A stretch of 64,000 nucleotides of DNA from Geosiphon pyriformis uo1. Its lineage: Eukaryota; Fungi; Glomeromycota. Positions 58,626-64,000 of the stretch are shown one piece after another. A program made the translations under genes and the position numbers. Location: the NCBI GenBank assembly GCA_016748015.1, contig JAAOMT010000040.1:1-64000 (forward strand), read 5' to 3'. The stretch's first letter is position 1, and each line of letters starts with the position of its first letter. The notes below the pieces were generated by a model. It did not search any database and had not been told where the DNA came from. It was given only the letters and a program-made list of their open reading frames with translations.

Positions 58626-61600
58626 TAGAGTTCTAATGTTTAGTCTAATTTGGTTCAAGTTTAATCAAACTACCAAACTAAACTGAACTCAAACAGAAAA
58701 TTTGGCAAAATTTCTAACTTAAACTTGAACCAAACTTGAACCAAACTTAAAATTACTAAACTTAAACTAAACCTAAACACATACAACAAGTTTGGTTCAA
58801 GTTTGGTTTGAAATTCATAAATATGTTCAGGTTTGACTATTAAAAATATTATATTATATTATATTATTATTTAATTTTTTTTTTAATAGTCTTTTTATTC
58901 ATAATTGAAAACACTGTATTGTTTTTATAGTTTTAGGCACTAAACAAGACCTTATATTTGTAATTATATTTCTATCTATAAAAAAAGTGTGTTTAGAAGC
59001 AATAAATAATCTTTGGATTGCCAAATAATTACAAGTTATATATGTAAAACAAGAAAATTGTGTTTAATATATCTAAATATTGAATTATTAATAAAATATT
59101 AATTTAGATAAATATTTTTTGTAATATATCTTTTATCATACTATTATATCTATTTTTTTATTGGCCATTTTTTTAGAGATATAATAATTAATTTTGTCAA
59201 GTTTTTTTTTCTTATTATCATCAAAGTTTGTCTTTAATATAGATTATATAATTAATGCTATAATATTATTAAAATTGTTATTTAACAAAAAACTGTTATT
59301 AGATGTTAATATAATATTTAGTGTATACTCCATTTTAAAGAAAGTATGTATTCTAAAGATTTATTTATTGTGTAAAAATTGGAAAACAAAATTATTTGAA
59401 TAAATTAATAATTTATAATTCTTTTATTTTATTATTATTATTATTATCCAAAAATTTTTTTTTTGTAAAATAATGAAATTTTTTTCTTAGATCTAATACA
59501 GTATAGAGCATTACAGTTGTATTTGTTTTAGAGTAATATTCAACCAATTTTTTTCTTGCTGTTTTAGCCATTGTAATAAGTAATTAATCTAATATTAAAT
59601 ATATTAAATAAATAACTAAATAAATACAATTAAGATTATAATACTTTACCAGATTCATTATTATTAACTGTATTTTTGATGTGATTAAGAATGATATTAA
59701 AAAGAGGAATAATCAAGAAAGCAGTATTATTTAAACTGGCTAATATTTTAACTGTAATATTTTTAAATGATTTAAAAAATTTAGCAATTTTATCAAAAAC
59801 AATTAACTGATCATGTAAAATAGCATATTAATAAAAGTTAATATGAATGTTAATAAAAATGTTTAATGTCTATAAATTTATAGTTAGAATTTTTGTATTC
59901 AAAATATATAGAATCAAAAATAAATGACTTGCTAATTTAAGAAATAACTTATTTCTAATCATATTGTAAGTAAAATTCTATTGGGTAGAACAATTCAAAA
60001 TAAATTTATAGTATTTAATTTGATATGTATTATAGGTATATTTAAAAAACTCAAAACATTAGAGTAAAGTATGAATTGCAAAGTTAAGTTTTTTAATCTT
60101 TAATTTATACAAAGTTTATATTAAAAAAATTTTAAGTAAATATATTTGGTTTGAGTTTTTAACAAATATCTTAGAAACATTACCTTTTATTTTATCTAGA
60201 GTTATTTATATTGCCAAGTTTAAAATATAATCAAAACATCAAAATTAAAAGTTCTCCAAGTTTTATTAAATGTTTTTCTTTTCTAATTTTTTTACTAAAT
60301 CTTTTACAAAAGTACCATTATTTGCAGTATTATTAAAAGTAATAGTAAGAAGCTGTTAAAAAAAAATTAAGTTATAACTAATAAAATTAATAATAAATTT
60401 GTATAAAAAAAAAGTGAATATAACTCTTTTTTAAACTTTTTTTTAATTTTTTTGGCTGAAAATTTGGCTTAAGACAATAATAAAAACCACTTAAGTTAAT
60501 ATTAAGAAAATACAGTTTTCAATATTATAAATACTGTGGTAACTCTAAGTCTTAGATAATACTAATGCCAAAAATTCAGCTCTGGAGCAATTATGAAAAC
60601 CAATTTAAGCCAATATTAAAAAAATGTAATTTTTAATAATATGAACACTGTAGTAATTTTAAGCCTTAAATAATACTAATGTCGAAAATTTAGCTTTAGG
60701 ACAATAATAAAAACCAATTTAAGCCAATATTGAAAAAATACAATTTTTGATAATATGAATACTATGGTAATTTTGAGCTTCAGATAATACTAATATGCTG
60801 TATAGTATGCCAATTTTATTATTGGCTATTGACTAACTCAAATTCATGCAAAAATATATATATGTATCTTTGATGTAATTTTATAATCTTTTAATATTTT
60901 AAAAAATTTATTTGCAATATTTATTCTATTATGTTATCTACTTATTAATCCAAAATCAATTATTGTTTGTTAAAAGTTCTAATTGTTATTGATATAATAA
61001 ACAATAGTAAAGACAAAGTCTTTGATTATTAAAAAATATTTAAAGATCTGATGTAAAAAAAATTTTAGATTTAATAGTATCTAAGTATATCTATTGTATT
61101 ATAAGTATAAGTAAAAAAAGAGATATTTTATAATAAAGATAGTACTTACTCTTAATTTTTGTTTACCCAAAACATAAAGTTTCATGATTTTATTTTTAAT
61201 TGTATTAACACAAACAAGTTGAGAAGTAAGGTTTAAATATTAGAATATTTTAATTAATTCAAAGTTTTCTATTATAAGAAGTGATTGTTAATAGTTAATA
61301 AGCCAAATAATAATTATGTTACAAAGTTTTTTATTATCAATGTCAATAGCAATTATTACAAAAAACTAAAGCAGTTTTCTAGTTAGATTGGCCAAAAATT
61401 ATAAAAAAAATAGCAATCTTATTTATTGAAATTTTTTTTTTAATTGACTTGCAATTTTTCTAAACATTTTGTTTTTTCTTATAATATTTTTCTGTTATAA
61501 CATATACTGTCTGATAAAAAGTTTCTAAATAGTGTCATAAGAATTTGGTAGTATTTGTAGTTCCACAAAAAAATGATTTATGTATATATTTTAAGACTAT

Positions 61601-62047
61601 ATATTTAGCTGTTTTTTTTTGTTTACTCAAACTTATCAAAATAGTTTTATATTTTATTTTAAAAACTACATTTTCTAAATATATTAATATTTGGAGTATT
61701 TGGATTATCAAATTCTATTATTTTAAATTTTAAATCTTTAGTAACATTAGATAATATTAACAATAAATTTATTTTAATAAGTTGAAAAATAAAGTTGTTA
61801 TACATACATAGTTTTATATATCTCTTTAACTGATTATAATAATTAAACAAAGTAATAATTAATAAACAAATAATATAAGTTATATTTTTTTTAATTTCAT
61901 CAAACTTGAACAAGCTCATAAACTTTGAATTAGACTTGAATTGAATTCAAACTTGTCAAAAAAGTTCAATGACAAATTTGAACTAAATTTATTTTAAAAA
62001 ATTGGTTTGGTTCAAGTTCAGTTCAGTTTAATTTAATTAGAACTTTA
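58626..62047 (-). mobile_element. Decayed hAT-superfamily DNA transposon with TIRs, subterminal repeats and a pseudogenised transposase
   Basis: TIR TAGAGTTCTAAT / ATTAGAACTTTA; arrays of AAAC(T/C)(G/T)AA-type subterminal repeats. Minus-strand relics: ITFNNTANN (TxDNAxN), CFDYILNLA (CxxHxLNL), STQ*NFTYNM (TRWNST), CNYLAIQ..ASKHTFF (RDYLAI..SERAFS, dimerisation domain). Confidence 0.88.
60455..60795. repeat. ~114-bp tandem repeat, 3 copies, inside the hAT element
   Basis: The (G/A)ATAATACTAAT anchor recurs at about 60555, 60669 and 60783; the copies differ mainly by transitions. Confidence 0.8.
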
Positions 62048-64000
62048 ATACAATATTTTTTTTTAACAAAACTATTTTTTTTTCCAACTTACCAACAATT
62101 TTGTTAAAAAAACCCAAATAAATTATAAGTTTATTAATTTTGAGACTAAAAACACTGCTTAAAACCAAATTATCTTTAACAAACTGTTTAAATATATTAA
62201 CCAGAAAGCTAACAGGCTTAACAATCAACTCAACTAATACAGAAAGTTTGGCCAGATCAAATTCCAAAGAAAACAACCAAAACAATACCAAAGAGTTACT
62301 AATAATAACTAAAGAGAAAACAAAAAGTATTAAAGATAAAAACTCAAAAAAGCTTAAAGAAGCAAAAGCTTTAATATAAAATTTAAAACTTACAAAATAA
62401 GAGATAAACATCTTGAAAGGAAAAGATAGAAACACCTTATAATTTACAGCCAAATAGCTTATTTTTTAATATCTAAAACAGTACCAATTTTCAAAAGTTT
62501 TCTATTAGATATGGTATTTTTTAGTATATCAGTCTTGATAATTACAGCATCCAAATCAATTTAAGATTCAAACATAATCAGAGCAAACTGAAAATAATAA
62601 CCAGAATCAGAAAAGCAAAAAATAAAACACATTTAATTACCAACTTAAAAAATCATATTATTAAGAACAACCAAAAGAAAGATTAACTAACTTGGTCTTA
62701 AACCTATCACAAGACAGAATAATCTCATTTTGATTTACCAAAAAAAAAATTTTAACGTTATTTTTATTTATTAAAACTAATCAATGATTCAAAACAAATA
62801 CAACAGAGTCCAGTTTTTTAATATAAACAATTACATATTGCCAAATATCAGCAGATTTTAGCACAACACAAATAATTTTACCAAACACACCAAGAACTGT
62901 TTTGATATTAGTAATAAATATACCCAAAAGCATATTATATAGTGCAACAGTAGCAGAAAAAGAACCAGACTCAGAAACCACCAAAAACTTGGCAATTTTA
63001 AGAGTTGTTAAACAAACAAAGCTTGTAAACACAACTAAAAAAACAGCTTTCAAAAACTCTTAAAAAGCAAACTTTACATAAAAAAACTTTATATTGTCTT
63101 TTAATACCAATTTTGCATCCAAAAAATCATGTACAGATTGGAAAACAGTCTTAATATAAGTTAATTTGATCTTAAAAATAGTACTAAACACCAGAATAAA
63201 GACTATTTACTTAGCAAATTTTTGATAACTAATAATAGTTTTCCAAACATTATTAATAGCAATACCAAAAACCAGCAGAGAAAATGATTCAGTTTCTATC
63301 TGGTTAGTTCAGTTTTCAAGAACAGGTGACCTTATAAAAGATAGTTGTATTGCTTTTATAATTGGCAAAGATCTACTGGAAAACATCACATTTGGCAATA
63401 TAGTTAGTAATTAATCTTGGCTTATCTTAGATAATATGTCAAATAATATAACAGAAATCTCATTTAAGATCTTATTAACAACCACAAAAAAATTTAGTAT
63501 AATAATAGCAAAAACAAATAACCATTTCCACTTTTTTAAACTTTTGGTTTTTTTGATCATTTTTTTTAAAGAAGAGATATTAGTAGTACTTAGTATAAAA
63601 ACTATGAAAAAAAAACCAATTTGTTAATTAGTCTGTTATTAAAAATTTTTGGCCTCTTTAAAAAGATAGAGACAACATTAGAACTAATTTAAATGTGTTT
63701 CTTTAAGAGAATTTTGACTGATGAAAAACCAGTCAAAGATAAAGAAAATGCTTTAGTAATTACTAAAAGCAGTTTTTCATAATTATTGAATAAAAAAAAG
63801 GCTTCTAAAATGTTTTGTCTAGCTGTATCTACAACAAAAAAAACTTTTCTGGTTGAAACTTTGTAAAATACCAAAGAAAAAAATACTAGTTATAGTTTTT
63901 TTACTCTTTGCTTTGGTTGTAGTCATAAAATTAAAAAAACAAAGAGTTTTTTTAAGTTTTTTTCTTTATTTTTGTTATAGTAAAAAAATCTATAAGAGAA
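62048..64000 (-). mobile_element. Eroded LINE ORF1 of another subfamily, truncated at the hAT boundary
   Basis: ATG at 63926 (MTTTKAKSKK). Relics such as IKTVLGVFGKIICVVLKSADIWQY resemble ORF1 RRM-like segments (compare ALSEFG..IKIQLIGLWQK). Very AT-eroded. Confidence 0.6.

Noticed and set aside
60455-60795. CRISPR-like array
   Set aside because: Contiguous tandem units without unique spacers, no cas genes, and a eukaryotic context.

Overview
This is eukaryotic fungal DNA. Intron style, gene content and retroelement families suggest an early-diverging lineage, probably Glomeromycotina (Geosiphon/AM-fungus-like); that assignment is inference. The window has four compartments. (1) 1-12 kb is a compact cluster of two head-to-head gene pairs: urease accessory UreD (-) with an MCM-binding protein (+), and a sucrose/alpha-glucoside SUT/SLC45-like transporter (-) with the NTE1 lysophospholipase (+). 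(2) 12-28 kb is nested, AT-eroded transposon sequence: one full-length and several decayed LINEs with RNase H, plus two solo LTRs. (3) 28-47 kb holds a PAS-containing hybrid histidine kinase (-) with a 63-Gln tract and about 11 kb of TE-free, microsatellite-dense upstream DNA that includes an N gap. (4) 47-64 kb is a second TE block: a solo LTR, a full-length LINE, decayed LINEs and a decayed hAT transposon. The strongest signals are: an AT-AC (U12-type) intron plus two GC-AG introns in the MCMBP gene; repeat-restricted C>T/G>A hypermutation that includes non-CpG contexts (RIP-like), with about 20 nonsense codons and no frameshift in one LINE; and conserved RNA structures at both LINE ends (a 5' two-stem hairpin and a 3' multibranch fold). 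All exon models and ancestral reconstructions were made by eye.
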